Assembly: GCA_039933615.1 (NCBI GenBank)
Contig: JBDTNT010000169.1
Coordinates: forward strand, 1 to 60,095
Length of the DNA stretch: 60,095 bases
Reading direction: 5' to 3'
From: Flavobacterium sp.
GTDB taxonomy: Bacteria; Bacteroidota; Bacteroidia; Flavobacteriales; Flavobacteriaceae
The notes below the pieces were generated by a model. The model was not told the DNA's origin and ran no database searches. It saw only the letters and a program-made list of their open reading frames with translations. A program made the translations under genes and the position numbers. Below are positions 8,523 through 17,490 of the stretch, in pieces (the first letter of the stretch is position 1; every line of letters begins with the position of its first letter).

Positions 8523-8927
8523 CTAGTCGAAATCGGGTTTTTTACGGTTTTTCTTAACTTCAGAAATATTCTTTTTGTCTTTGATTCTTTTTCTAATAAC
8601 AGCTTTAGGAATTTTAGTCGCCTTACGAATTTTAGGAACGAATAATCCTTTTTTCATTATTTCTAAAAAACGTTTTATAACAATCTCTTTATTCTTAATC
8701 TGACTTCTGTCTTCATCACAATTTAAGATGAGAATATCTTCTGAAGTCAAACGTGAAGCCAGATTCAGTTTTAAAAGTTCTTTTTCCTCTTCAGACAAAA
8801 ATGCGGAAGCATTCAGATCAAAAGTCAAAACAACTTTTGAAGATACTTTGTTTACATTCTGCCCTCCCGCACCACTGCTCCTGACAGCTTTAAAACTTAA
8901 TTCTGATATGATTTTCTGAACTTCCAT
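8523..8927 (-). CDS. arfB: Alternative ribosome-rescue peptidyl-tRNA hydrolase ArfB
   Basis: RSSGAGGQNVNKV (GGQ), RSQ..N and a basic C-terminal tail; start overlaps the upstream stop (TAATG). Confidence 0.93.
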   Translation of the reverse strand: MEVQKIISELSFKAVRSSGAGGQNVNKVSSKVVLTFDLNASAFLSEEEKELLKLNLASRLTSEDILILNCDEDRSQIKNKEIVIKRFLEIMKKGLFVPKIRKATKIPKAVIRKRIKDKKNISEVKKNRKKPDFD

Positions 8928-11041
8928 TATTGTGGCTGATGTGCTGGTTTTAATAAATCGTTTACTGTTTTTACCGGATTGAAAGTAATCAGTGGGACTG
9001 CAACAAAAATAGTCAGCCAGTTTGCCATTGCGCCATTCCATAAGCCTGGCAGCTCGTAACTCTTTACTGTTTTACCGTCAACACTTTTTTCTACTATAAA
9101 ACCGGCTTTAGAGTCAACAAAATCTTTCAGGTCAAATTTTTCGTTTTTATAATTTTTTATTCCGCAAACTAAATCTACCGGATTGAAATGTGTAGCTGCC
9201 GATAAAATTTCAAGTTGTTTTGTATTTGTTAAATCTACCTGCGATGTTTCTACAATCTGAAGAGAGATTTTCCCTTTATCATTCATAACCCAAAATGGTC
9301 CTCCGCCTGGTTCTCCTTCATTTTTAACCATCCCACAAACTCTGATAGGTCTGTTTAAGAGTCCTTTAATTTTAATAATTTTATTTTCAAAAGTAAACTT
9401 ATTAAAGTCTTTAGTCATTTGGATATTCAGTTTTTTAGTCAAAAACCGAACAATATCATCCATATTATCTTCTTTGATTTCCTGTTTTTCAATGGCATTC
9501 AGATAACCAAAAACTTTTTTCTGAATCTCGATTAGAATTCCGGCTAAAGCTTTTTTATACAGCGTAATTTTATCAATATGATTCTGAATTACGTTATCAA
9601 TGTTTTTTATAAAGATAATATCTGCATCAAGTTCATTTAGATTTTCGATCAATGCGCCATGTCCGCCGGGTCTGAAAATTAATGCTTCATTTTTATCTCT
9701 TACAATTTTATTTTTAGAATCTACCGTAATAGAATCTGTGCTCTTATTTTGATAAGAGTAACCGATATTTATTAGCGTACCTGACCCCTTTTCTACTTTT
9801 GCTTTAATACCCTCAACTGCTTTTTCAAACAGACTTTGATGAGATTCCGATACTGTAAAATGTAAATTTGAAATTTGATTTGCTGTAGTATAATGCACAC
9901 ATTCATTCAAATGCTCTTCGATTGGAATTGCAGTATGTGTCTTATATTGGTGAAATGGCAAAACTGCTTTAGGCTTGTTTGCAAAGTCGAAATAATCAGT
10001 TGATAATAACAATTTTATAAAATAATAATTTTTAAAATCCCTTTCCAGAGTTTCAAAATCAGGATATATTTCTCTGAGTTTTTTATCTAAATCTTTAAAA
10101 AAAGGAAACTTATCCATTGCCACTATAAAAATAGACAAATTGCTGTCTTTTTTTCTGTTAATGTAAGCATTTATGGTTTCTTTCTGAATATCAAAATCAT
10201 TTAGAAAAGCCGTTAAAAACTTAAACATTCTGCTTGCTGCTCCGGAAGCGGGGACAAATTTCTTTAATTTTAATTTTTCTTTCTGATCATCAAAAAAATT
10301 AGCTTTTTCCTCAAAATCTTTTTCTGTCAGGCTTAAAATCCCATTATTAATAGTTGCCGGACTTATTAGATTACTTTTTGCAATTCCATTTTTAAAAATC
10401 TCCAATTGTTTTAAGATTTTCTCAAAAGAAATTCCATGCTCATAAACCTCAACAAAATCGGCAGACGAAAATCCTTTTTCTTTAGCAATTGTCAGTTTAT
10501 CGATAATTGCTGTAGCTTTTGCCAAACGGCTTTCTTTATTCCCTGAAAGCGTAATAAACGGTTTTTTGGTATCTATTAAAGTTTGTTTGAAAACAGAAAA
10601 GACTGTTTCTCGTCCATCAGGATTATCTCTGATATCATCTTTTTCCCAAGGGACGTCAATGTCGGTGAGAAAAATCAAATCGTAATCATGTTCCAATGCA
10701 GCTTCATTCAGAAGCGGATCACAGAATCCATAATACATTTCAGAAAAAACTTTGGTAACCATCAGGTTTGTATCGGAAAACAAATATTTTTTTGCCGCAG
10801 CAAGTTTCTGGTTTTCCAGTGCTGTCTGCCCGTAAGCAATTGGCATCATATCATCAGCTGTACAAATATGCTGATTCTCTTCCCATTTTTGCTGCAGGTA
10901 ATCACGTGCAAATTCAGGAACCCATTCGGTTTCGTAATAATCTGCAAGTTGTTTTGCCAATGTAGTTTTCCCTGTACTTTCAGGACCAAACAAAGCAATT
11001 TTTATGATAGCTGTTTTTTGCTGTCTAAGATTTTTCTCCAT
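8927..11041 (-). CDS. Fusion of a NadR-type P-loop kinase (AAA_28) and DUF4301 (nucleotidyltransferase-like), 704 aa
   Basis: N-terminal GPESTGKTT, EFAR.Y, DT and W.KD..R; C-terminal FVPASGAASRMF, RPGGHGAL, FIKNIDNV and FNPVKTVNDLL. Start at MEKNLRQ. Confidence 0.85.
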   Translation of the reverse strand: MEKNLRQQKTAIIKIALFGPESTGKTTLAKQLADYYETEWVPEFARDYLQQKWEENQHICTADDMMPIAYGQTALENQKLAAAKKYLFSDTNLMVTKVFSEMYYGFCDPLLNEAALEHDYDLIFLTDIDVPWEKDDIRDNPDGRETVFSVFKQTLIDTKKPFITLSGNKESRLAKATAIIDKLTIAKEKGFSSADFVEVYEHGISFEKILKQLEIFKNGIAKSNLISPATINNGILSLTEKDFEEKANFFDDQKEKLKLKKFVPASGAASRMFKFLTAFLNDFDIQKETINAYINRKKDSNLSIFIVAMDKFPFFKDLDKKLREIYPDFETLERDFKNYYFIKLLLSTDYFDFANKPKAVLPFHQYKTHTAIPIEEHLNECVHYTTANQISNLHFTVSESHQSLFEKAVEGIKAKVEKGSGTLINIGYSYQNKSTDSITVDSKNKIVRDKNEALIFRPGGHGALIENLNELDADIIFIKNIDNVIQNHIDKITLYKKALAGILIEIQKKVFGYLNAIEKQEIKEDNMDDIVRFLTKKLNIQMTKDFNKFTFENKIIKIKGLLNRPIRVCGMVKNEGEPGGGPFWVMNDKGKISLQIVETSQVDLTNTKQLEILSAATHFNPVDLVCGIKNYKNEKFDLKDFVDSKAGFIVEKSVDGKTVKSYELPGLWNGAMANWLTIFVAVPLITFNPVKTVNDLLKPAHQPQ

Positions 11042-11625
11042 TCTAAATAAGCTGAAATAGCCAAAATTGTAAAAATTAAATACTGCAGTGACAGCATCCC
11101 TAAGCCACGATAAGCGTAAAGAGGCACTACAATAATATCGCCAATAATCCAAAGTGTCCAGTTTTCGATTTTTTTCCTGGCCATGTACCACATTCCTGCA
11201 AAAAATATTCCTGATGAAATCATATCGACATAATTGTCGTTTTTAATTTCATAATCAAAATATTTATAAATCCCGAAAACTACAAAAACAGTTACAAAGA
11301 ACAGTAGAATCCCGATTATTTTTTCATTAAAATTAGTTCTTGTAATTGGCATATTATCTTCAGCTGTACCCCCTTTTCCCCAAACATACCAGCCATAAAT
11401 ACTCATAACAGAAAAATATCCATTAATGATCATATCACCAATATAGCCTGCAACATACAAAAGATAAACAGAAATTACCGTAGCAATTAAGCCTGTTGGA
11501 TATACCCAGATATTCTCTTTTTTCGCAAACCAGACGCTCAAAATTCCAAATACAAAAACTAAAAACTCTAAAGCAATATGCCATAAAGGAGCATTTTTGT
11601 AACTGTCGAGAAAAAAATCAATCAT
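11002..11625 (-). CDS. pnuC: PnuC family vitamin/nucleoside transporter
   Basis: Multi-TM; SIYGWYVW, MARKKIENW..WIIGD motifs. Confidence 0.92.
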   Translation of the reverse strand: MIDFFLDSYKNAPLWHIALEFLVFVFGILSVWFAKKENIWVYPTGLIATVISVYLLYVAGYIGDMIINGYFSVMSIYGWYVWGKGGTAEDNMPITRTNFNEKIIGILLFFVTVFVVFGIYKYFDYEIKNDNYVDMISSGIFFAGMWYMARKKIENWTLWIIGDIIVVPLYAYRGLGMLSLQYLIFTILAISAYLEWRKILDSKKQLS

Positions 11626-11661
11626 TATATCGGGTTGTTTTTTGGGTTGTTCTCCTTCATT

Positions 11662-12390
11662 CTATACTTCAAAAAAGCGACTGTTATTTTCAAAAGCAGT
11701 TCCAATCACGACCAAATCTGCTCCTGCATTATAGGCTTTTTGAATTCCCTGCAAATCTACAATTCCTCCACCAACAATTATAGGAATTTCAATATTTTGG
11801 GCAATTAACTCTATCATTTCTAACGGAACAGCTTTTTTTGCCCCACTTCCGGCTTCGAGATAGACTAATTTATTCCCCAGCATTTCACCTGCTTGTGCAG
11901 TTGCCAAAACGAGGTCAAGATCCTTACGACCTAACGGTTCTGTTTTACTTACTCTGGCTACAGCAGTTTCATTTCCGCTTTCTATTAAAATATATCCTGT
12001 TGAAATAACCTCAAGATTTGTTTTTTTAAGAATTGGTGCTGCCTGAACCTGGTATTCTATTAAATAATCAGCGTTTCGGCCAGATAACAAAGACAAGAAC
12101 AAAATGGCATCGGCCTGAGGTGAAATCTGTGACGGATCTCCTGGAAATATAACAACGGGCAAGTTTGTTTTTTGTTTCAATTCTGTCATTAATTCTTCTA
12201 AAATAGCAGCCTTAACAATGCTCCCTCCAACAAAAATATGAGTTGCAGGTGACTCCTTTATTTTAAGCAGAAGATGATCTAAATTTTCCCATACAATTTT
12301 ATCAGGATCCAAAAGGATCGCTAGCAGTTTTTGTCCATCAATCTTGGCCTGGATAATTTGCTGGTAAATATGGGGTATTTTTTGTCTCAT
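11662..12390 (-). CDS. Geranylgeranylglyceryl/heptaprenylglyceryl phosphate synthase (group II GGGPS)
   Basis: LLDPDK, FVGGS, FPG, LSGRN, YLEAGSGA, VGGGI and VIGTAFE motifs. Confidence 0.92.
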   Translation of the reverse strand: MRQKIPHIYQQIIQAKIDGQKLLAILLDPDKIVWENLDHLLLKIKESPATHIFVGGSIVKAAILEELMTELKQKTNLPVVIFPGDPSQISPQADAILFLSLLSGRNADYLIEYQVQAAPILKKTNLEVISTGYILIESGNETAVARVSKTEPLGRKDLDLVLATAQAGEMLGNKLVYLEAGSGAKKAVPLEMIELIAQNIEIPIIVGGGIVDLQGIQKAYNAGADLVVIGTAFENNSRFFEV

Positions 12391-12485
12391 AATCGGGCGT
12401 AAAAGTAAAAGTTTTTTAATGCACAAGAACTATTTTGAATGAATTATATTTGTGTACTGGCTTTTGACAACCTAAGAAACAAATT

Positions 12486-13082
12486 ATGATTGCTGCCGAT
12501 CTTCTGGAAAAATATGGTGCCTTAAAGAAATTCTACGGAAAAACCTCAACTGTTTTTGACGAAGGAAAATTACCCACACATTATTATCAGATTGTTTCCG
12601 GTGAAATAAAAATGAACAATTACAATGATGACGGGCGGGAATTTATTCAGGGGATTTTCTATAAAGGTCAGTCTTTCGGAGAGCCTCCTTTGTTCTTAAA
12701 TCAAAATTATCCGGCCAGTGCAGTTGCTGTTGAAGATACCCAAATTCTATGTCTTCCAAAATTAAATTTCATGAACTTGTTAGAAGAGAATCCGGCAGTC
12801 AGTATTCAAATAATCGAAAATTTAGCCCAGCGTTTGTATTATAAATCAGTTATGGCAGCCGAAATGTCAACTCAGGAACCCGAACATCGTGTTTTAAAAC
12901 TGATTGATCACGGAATTGCTTATTTTAATTTCAAAAAAGATGACAACGGTTACCTGATTAATTTTACGAGACAGCAAATTGGTGACCTGACCGGTTTACG
13001 GGTAGAAACCGTTATCAGAACTATAAAGGCATTGGAAAAGAAAGGTGTTTTAAAAATAATCAACAGAAAAGTATATCGATAA
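12486..13082 (+). CDS. Crp/Fnr family transcriptional regulator
   Basis: cNMP-binding fold (SFGEPPL) and HTH TRQQIGDLTGLRVETVIRT. Confidence 0.92.
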   Translation: MIAADLLEKYGALKKFYGKTSTVFDEGKLPTHYYQIVSGEIKMNNYNDDGREFIQGIFYKGQSFGEPPLFLNQNYPASAVAVEDTQILCLPKLNFMNLLEENPAVSIQIIENLAQRLYYKSVMAAEMSTQEPEHRVLKLIDHGIAYFNFKKDDNGYLINFTRQQIGDLTGLRVETVIRTIKALEKKGVLKIINRKVYR

Positions 13083-13093
13083 AAAAGTTCTTG

Positions 13094-13115
13094 TTTTATG
13101 ATTTAAGTCATAAAA
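13094..13115. promoter_or_regulatory. Putative Crp/Fnr operator
   Basis: Palindrome TTTTATGA-N6-TCATAAAA about 20 bp upstream of a TAAATTTG -7 element. Confidence 0.65.
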
Positions 13116-13162
13116 TGATGGTGTATGATGGTGGTAAATTTGCACTATAAAACACATATATC

Positions 13163-13450
13163 ATGACACTTTATACCACAACACTCGAAAATTTCAACAA
13201 AAGTTACATTGGTTCGGCTACGATGGCAATAATTGGACAAAGCTGTCTGGGAGCAGTTGCAGCAATGTTTGTACTTGCTAATGGAACATCACTAACACAA
13301 ATGATTCAATTGGCGATTATCGTATTTACCAATATATTTGCCAACACTTCTATTCTGGCACAAATGAGCCACAAAACGGTTTTTAACTTAATAATAACCA
13401 GCGTATTTTTCAGTACTTTATTTATTATTATCAACAATGTTATACGATGA
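13163..13450 (+). CDS. Small membrane protein (about 3 TM)
   Basis: Hydrophobic 95 aa with QSCLG motif; ATGA overlap with the globin gene. Confidence 0.75.
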   Translation: MTLYTTTLENFNKSYIGSATMAIIGQSCLGAVAAMFVLANGTSLTQMIQLAIIVFTNIFANTSILAQMSHKTVFNLIITSVFFSTLFIIINNVIR

Positions 13451-13857
13451 GAAAGCAAATAGAAAGCAGAGCTGATCTTGAAGTTCTGGTTCATACTTTT
13501 TATACCAAAATAAGAGCCGATGCAGAAATTGGCTTTTATTTTAATACAATGATAAAAGACTGGGATGCCCATCTGGAAAAACTGACTGATTTTTGGGAGA
13601 CCAATTTATTTGTGGTCAAAAAGTATAAAGGGAATCCACAGGAAGTCCACAATGAAGTCGATGCACATTTTGACGGCAAAATCACCTCAAATGAATTTGG
13701 AATCTGGCTCAACTACTGGTTTCAGACTCTGGAAGAACTTTTTGAAGGAGAAAATGTAGAAACGCTAAAAAGACGCGCCAGAAAAATGGGTACTTTTCTT
13801 TTTGTAAGTATGTTTGAGCATAGAAAAAAATTGAGTGAGGCTGACAGGCAATTTTAA
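13447..13857 (+). CDS. Group III truncated haemoglobin
   Basis: LV..FY.KIR.D..IG.YF, W..HL.KL.DFW, Y.GNP...H and F..WL..W motifs. Confidence 0.9.
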   Translation: MRKQIESRADLEVLVHTFYTKIRADAEIGFYFNTMIKDWDAHLEKLTDFWETNLFVVKKYKGNPQEVHNEVDAHFDGKITSNEFGIWLNYWFQTLEELFEGENVETLKRRARKMGTFLFVSMFEHRKKLSEADRQF

Positions 13858-13890
13858 TTCCCGGCAAAAATAATCGCCTTTTTTGTTATT

Positions 13891-14060
13891 ACGAAGGAGA
13901 AATCTCCACAAGTAGCTTGATAATCTAACGCTACCAATGTTAACGGAGTTTCTTACGGAGATTTCTCCTTCGTCGAAATGACAAGATTGTGAAAAAATAA
14001 GTCAATCTTTACTAAATTACTTTCGGAGATTTCTCCTTTGTCTAAAATGACAAGATTGTG
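13891..14060. repeat. REP-like inverted/direct repeat cluster
   Basis: ACGAAGGAGAAATCTCC (13891-13907) pairs perfectly with 13957-13973; a degenerate direct copy of CGGAGATTTCTCCTTCGTCGAAATGACAAGATTGTG lies at 14024-14060. Confidence 0.85.
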
Positions 14061-14127
14061 GAAGTTTTTTTTTATTACGCAGATTTTTTAAAAGCTGGAA
14101 ACTGTTACTTAAAACTGAAACTAAAAT

Positions 14128-14778
14128 CTATTTCTCAAAAGCATAAACCAGTGTGAAATTCTGCTCTGAATTATCTGATTTGATTTCTTTATAATAAACA
14201 TGAAAATCTTTTACCAGATTATCAAAATGAAGACTTGCCTGAGTTTGGTCAGCATTCAATAAAAAAGGTTCAACATTAATATGATCTTTGAAACTGATTC
14301 CTTTTTCGTTTCTGATTTTAAATATCGCTTCTTTGGCTCCCCAGATTACTGTTAGTTTTTTTACGTATTCTTCTGTTGAATCTATTTTTAAGTAACTGCA
14401 TTCGTAATCGGTAAATTTATCAGCAATTCGAATGATTTTTTCACGTTGTAATTCCATATCGATCCCAACAGTTTCTTCGCTAATAATGATTGCCGCGAAA
14501 TTATGCGAATGTGTAATCGAGATATAATTATGGCAATCAAAATAAGGTTTTCCAAACTCATCGTAATGCAAATCGTGATCTGTAAAGCCCATTTCCTGAA
14601 TCAGCATGCGAACACTCAAAAAGGCACGTTGGTGCATTTGAGATTTCATTCCGTTTAGTCTTAATTGTGTTTTTTCTTTCAGGGCAACTTTCTCTACTAA
14701 CTCCTCATAAGATTCTGTTATTTCCCAAATTAAAATCCGGGTCGTGTCATTGCATTGTATGGTTTGAAATAGAGGCAT
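14128..14778 (-). CDS. 4'-phosphopantetheinyl transferase (Sfp-type)
   Basis: GKPY, ISITHS, VGIDME and WGAKEAIFK motifs. Confidence 0.92.
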   Translation of the reverse strand: MPLFQTIQCNDTTRILIWEITESYEELVEKVALKEKTQLRLNGMKSQMHQRAFLSVRMLIQEMGFTDHDLHYDEFGKPYFDCHNYISITHSHNFAAIIISEETVGIDMELQREKIIRIADKFTDYECSYLKIDSTEEYVKKLTVIWGAKEAIFKIRNEKGISFKDHINVEPFLLNADQTQASLHFDNLVKDFHVYYKEIKSDNSEQNFTLVYAFEK

Positions 14779-14857
14779 TTTTTTAATTATGAATTATAGA
14801 TTGTAAATTATTTTCATCCTGTCCTGAAGCAAAAACTCGCTATAAATCCGTTCTTTT

Positions 14858-14948
14858 TAGACATGATGGGAGTGGCATCCTTTTTCTGGGTTCTTCAGCC
14901 TGGAAAAGATAATAGTCCCGATAGCTATCGGGAGCAGGATCGGCTCCT
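14858..14948 (-). ncRNA. Flavo-1-like RNA motif interrupted by an 18 bp palindrome
   Basis: Minus strand AGGAGCCGAUCCUGCU...AUCUUUU-hairpin-AAAAGGAUGCCACUCCCAUCAUGUCUA matches the remembered Flavo-1 layout; not verified with a covariance model. Confidence 0.55.
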
Positions 14949-15100
14949 AACTTTGATTAAGCTCTTTATCACAAGCGAATATTTATCTAAGGTACAAAAG
15001 ATTAAGGAATTAAACATTTCACAAATCTTACAGAAATTAGTAAAAATCTAAAGTTATTACGTAAATTTGCAAAAAATTTACAATTACAAATATACTATAA

Positions 15101-16417
15101 ATGAGTACTACAACTACGCCTTTTGTGGCTTTCAAAGTAAAAGACATTTCTCTAGCGGCTTGGGGAAGAAAAGAAATTGAACTGGCAGAAGCTGAAATGC
15201 CAGGTTTAATGGCACTTCGTGCTGAATATAAAGATGAGCAGCCTCTTAAAGGTGCCCGTATTGCAGGATGTCTTCACATGACGATCCAGACTGCAGTTTT
15301 AATCGAAACTTTAATTTCTCTTGGTGCTGAAGTTACCTGGTCTTCTTGTAACATTTTCTCTACTCAGGATCAGGCTGCTGCTGCTATTGCTGCTGCCGGA
15401 ATTCAGGTTTATGCCTGGAAAGGTCTTGACGAAGAGTCTTTTGACTGGTGTATTGAGCAAACATTATTTTTTGGTGAAGACAGAAAACCATTGAATATGA
15501 TTCTTGATGATGGTGGAGATTTAACTAACATGGTTATCGATCGTTTCCCTGAATTGGTTCCTGGAATCAAAGGATTATCTGAAGAGACTACAACTGGTGT
15601 TCACAGACTTTACGAAAGAGTAAAAGCCGGAACTTTACCAATGCCTGCAATCAACATTAATGATTCTGTTACTAAATCTAAATTTGATAACAAATACGGT
15701 TGTAAAGAATCTGCTGTAGATGCTGTACGTCGTGCAACTGACTTAATGTTGGCTGGAAAAAGAGTTATTGTTTGTGGATACGGTGATGTTGGAAAAGGAA
15801 CTGCTGCTTCTTTCAGAGGTGCAGGATCTATTGTAACTGTTACTGAAATTGACCCAATTTGTGCTTTACAAGCTGCAATGGACGGTTATGAAGTTAAAAA
15901 ATTAAACACTGTAATTGCTACTGCTGATATCATCATTACAACTACAGGAAATAAAGATATCGTTCTTGGAAGTCATTTCGAACAAATGAAAGACAAAACT
16001 GTTGTTTGTAACATCGGACACTTTGATAACGAAATAGATATGGCATGGCTGAACAAAAACCACGGTGCATCTAAAATCGAAATCAAACCACAAGTTGACA
16101 AATATACTATCGCTGGAAAAGATATCATCATTTTGGCTGAAGGTCGTTTGGTAAACCTAGGCTGTGCTACAGGTCACCCAAGTTTTGTAATGAGTAACTC
16201 CTTTACAAATCAGACTTTAGCTCAAATCGAATTATGGAAAAACAGCGCTGCTTACAACAATGACGTTTATATGTTACCAAAACATTTAGATGAAAAAGTG
16301 GCTGCTTTGCACTTAGCTAAATTAGGCGTTGAATTGGAAACTTTACGTGACGATCAGGCTGCTTATATTGGTGTTCCGGTTGAAGGTCCATTCAAACCAG
16401 AGTACTACAGATACTAA
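15101..16417 (+). CDS. ahcY: Adenosylhomocysteinase
   Basis: [41 protein letters not shown] and C-terminal PFKPEYYRY; -7 element TAAATTTG at 15062-15069. Confidence 0.98.
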   Translation: MSTTTTPFVAFKVKDISLAAWGRKEIELAEAEMPGLMALRAEYKDEQPLKGARIAGCLHMTIQTAVLIETLISLGAEVTWSSCNIFSTQDQAAAAIAAAGIQVYAWKGLDEESFDWCIEQTLFFGEDRKPLNMILDDGGDLTNMVIDRFPELVPGIKGLSEETTTGVHRLYERVKAGTLPMPAININDSVTKSKFDNKYGCKESAVDAVRRATDLMLAGKRVIVCGYGDVGKGTAASFRGAGSIVTVTEIDPICALQAAMDGYEVKKLNTVIATADIIITTTGNKDIVLGSHFEQMKDKTVVCNIGHFDNEIDMAWLNKNHGASKIEIKPQVDKYTIAGKDIIILAEGRLVNLGCATGHPSFVMSNSFTNQTLAQIELWKNSAAYNNDVYMLPKHLDEKVAALHLAKLGVELETLRDDQAAYIGVPVEGPFKPEYYRY

Positions 16418-16479
16418 ATCAATCTTAGATTTAAGATTGTAGTCCCTAAACTTCGGGATTAGATTTTTAATTCATATTC

Positions 16480-16520
16480 AAACCCGACAGGTTTTAAAAC
16501 CTGTCGGGTTTATTTTTTTT
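16480..16520 (+). terminator. ahcY terminator formed by a 32 bp palindrome
   Basis: AAACCCGACAGGTTTT/AAAACCTGTCGGGTTT followed by a T run. Confidence 0.8.
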
Positions 16521-16626
16521 AAGTACTCCCATTGCAATAACCGCGAATTTAACCAGATATTCTATATAGTTGTTAGAATTTAAGTTTTACATTTGAAACT
16601 AAAATCCCAAGTTATAAAACCAAGTT

Positions 16627-17157
16627 ATGAGAACACGCCTGATTTTAATGTTACTAATGCTCTTGCCATTTTTTACTAATGCTCAATCTAATATGCAAAG
16701 ACAGATGCAGGTTAATAACGCAATGTTTAGACAGCAAAACCAAATGTTTCTGCAACAGCAACAACAACAGCGCGATATGTCCCGCATACTTAATAATATT
16801 CAAACTACTGAAGATAAACTGGCAAATGAAGAAAGAAAACTAAAAAAATCACAAACCAAGTTACTAGAAATAGAAACCGATTTAAAAGCGAAAAAACAAG
16901 AATTAGCCAATCTTGAAAACAATTCAAAAGATAACAATAGTGATCTTCAAAAAGACATCGAAAAGTCTAAAAAGCTAATTGCAAAGTCTGAAGAAAAATT
17001 AAGCAAAACAAATGGTAAAATAGAGTTGAGTTCAAAAAAAATTCAGGATTTTCAAAAGAAAATCGAAACTTCTAAAGCAGAAAAAGAAGAACTAGCCCAA
17101 AAACACGAAGAGGAGAAAAGGCTTAAAAAAGAAAGAAAAGAAAAAGAGAAAAACTAA
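16627..17157 (+). CDS. Secreted Gln-rich coiled-coil hypothetical protein
   Basis: Signal peptide ending TNA-Q, Q/M/N-rich segment, long K/E heptads. Confidence 0.75.
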   Translation: MRTRLILMLLMLLPFFTNAQSNMQRQMQVNNAMFRQQNQMFLQQQQQQRDMSRILNNIQTTEDKLANEERKLKKSQTKLLEIETDLKAKKQELANLENNSKDNNSDLQKDIEKSKKLIAKSEEKLSKTNGKIELSSKKIQDFQKKIETSKAEKEELAQKHEEEKRLKKERKEKEKN

Positions 17158-17195
17158 ATTTTAAATTGTCTTTTTGATAATTGAATATAAATAAT

Positions 17196-17480
17196 ATGAT
17201 CGAAAAAGTTATATGTGAGCAACATGGAACAAAAGAAATGTCTTTCTCCTGTATTCATATTGCAATTGCTTTAGACCAAAAAGAAAAAGTTGGCTTTTTC
17301 TTTTCAGAGGCAGAAGATGATCTCCCGCAAATTGCATGGTGCGGAGATTGTGAAAAATGGTTATTAAAGAATGGTGAAGAATGGAATGATGCTTTTGAAA
17401 CCTTAGCCGATTTTAAAATATTATGTTCTGATTGCTTCGAAGAAGCAAAAGAAAATCAGCTTGGAACTGATAAAACTTAA
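17196..17480 (+). CDS. Small acidic Cys/His-rich hypothetical protein
   Basis: CxxH, CxH, CxxC and CxxC motifs; ATG at 17196. Confidence 0.75.
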   Translation: MIEKVICEQHGTKEMSFSCIHIAIALDQKEKVGFFFSEAEDDLPQIAWCGDCEKWLLKNGEEWNDAFETLADFKILCSDCFEEAKENQLGTDKT

Positions 17481-17490
17481 ATAATCCTTC

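Noticed and set aside
8928-9041. N-terminal extension of ArfB in the ORF track
   Set aside because: It overlaps the DUF4301 C-terminus in another frame; the TAATG-coupled start at 8927 gives a normal-sized ArfB.
11042-11191. Programmed frameshift fusing PnuC to the kinase
   Set aside because: The open overlap exists, but the A run is not an in-frame X XXY YYZ slippery site and a shift there would remove PnuC's last helices. The ATG at 11041 explains the gene.
14863-15051. 62 aa ORF upstream of ahcY
   Set aside because: It is a translation of the Flavo-1-like and palindromic repeat sequence, with no protein-like features.
14950-15100. SAH or SAM riboswitch for ahcY
   Set aside because: No GAGGAGCG/CAGGCUC or SAM-I core on the + strand, and the likely promoter is only about 30 nt from the ATG.
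16750-16770. CAA/CAG microsatellite as a phase-variation switch
   Set aside because: It is an in-frame mixed-codon triplet tract, so length change would not shift the frame.
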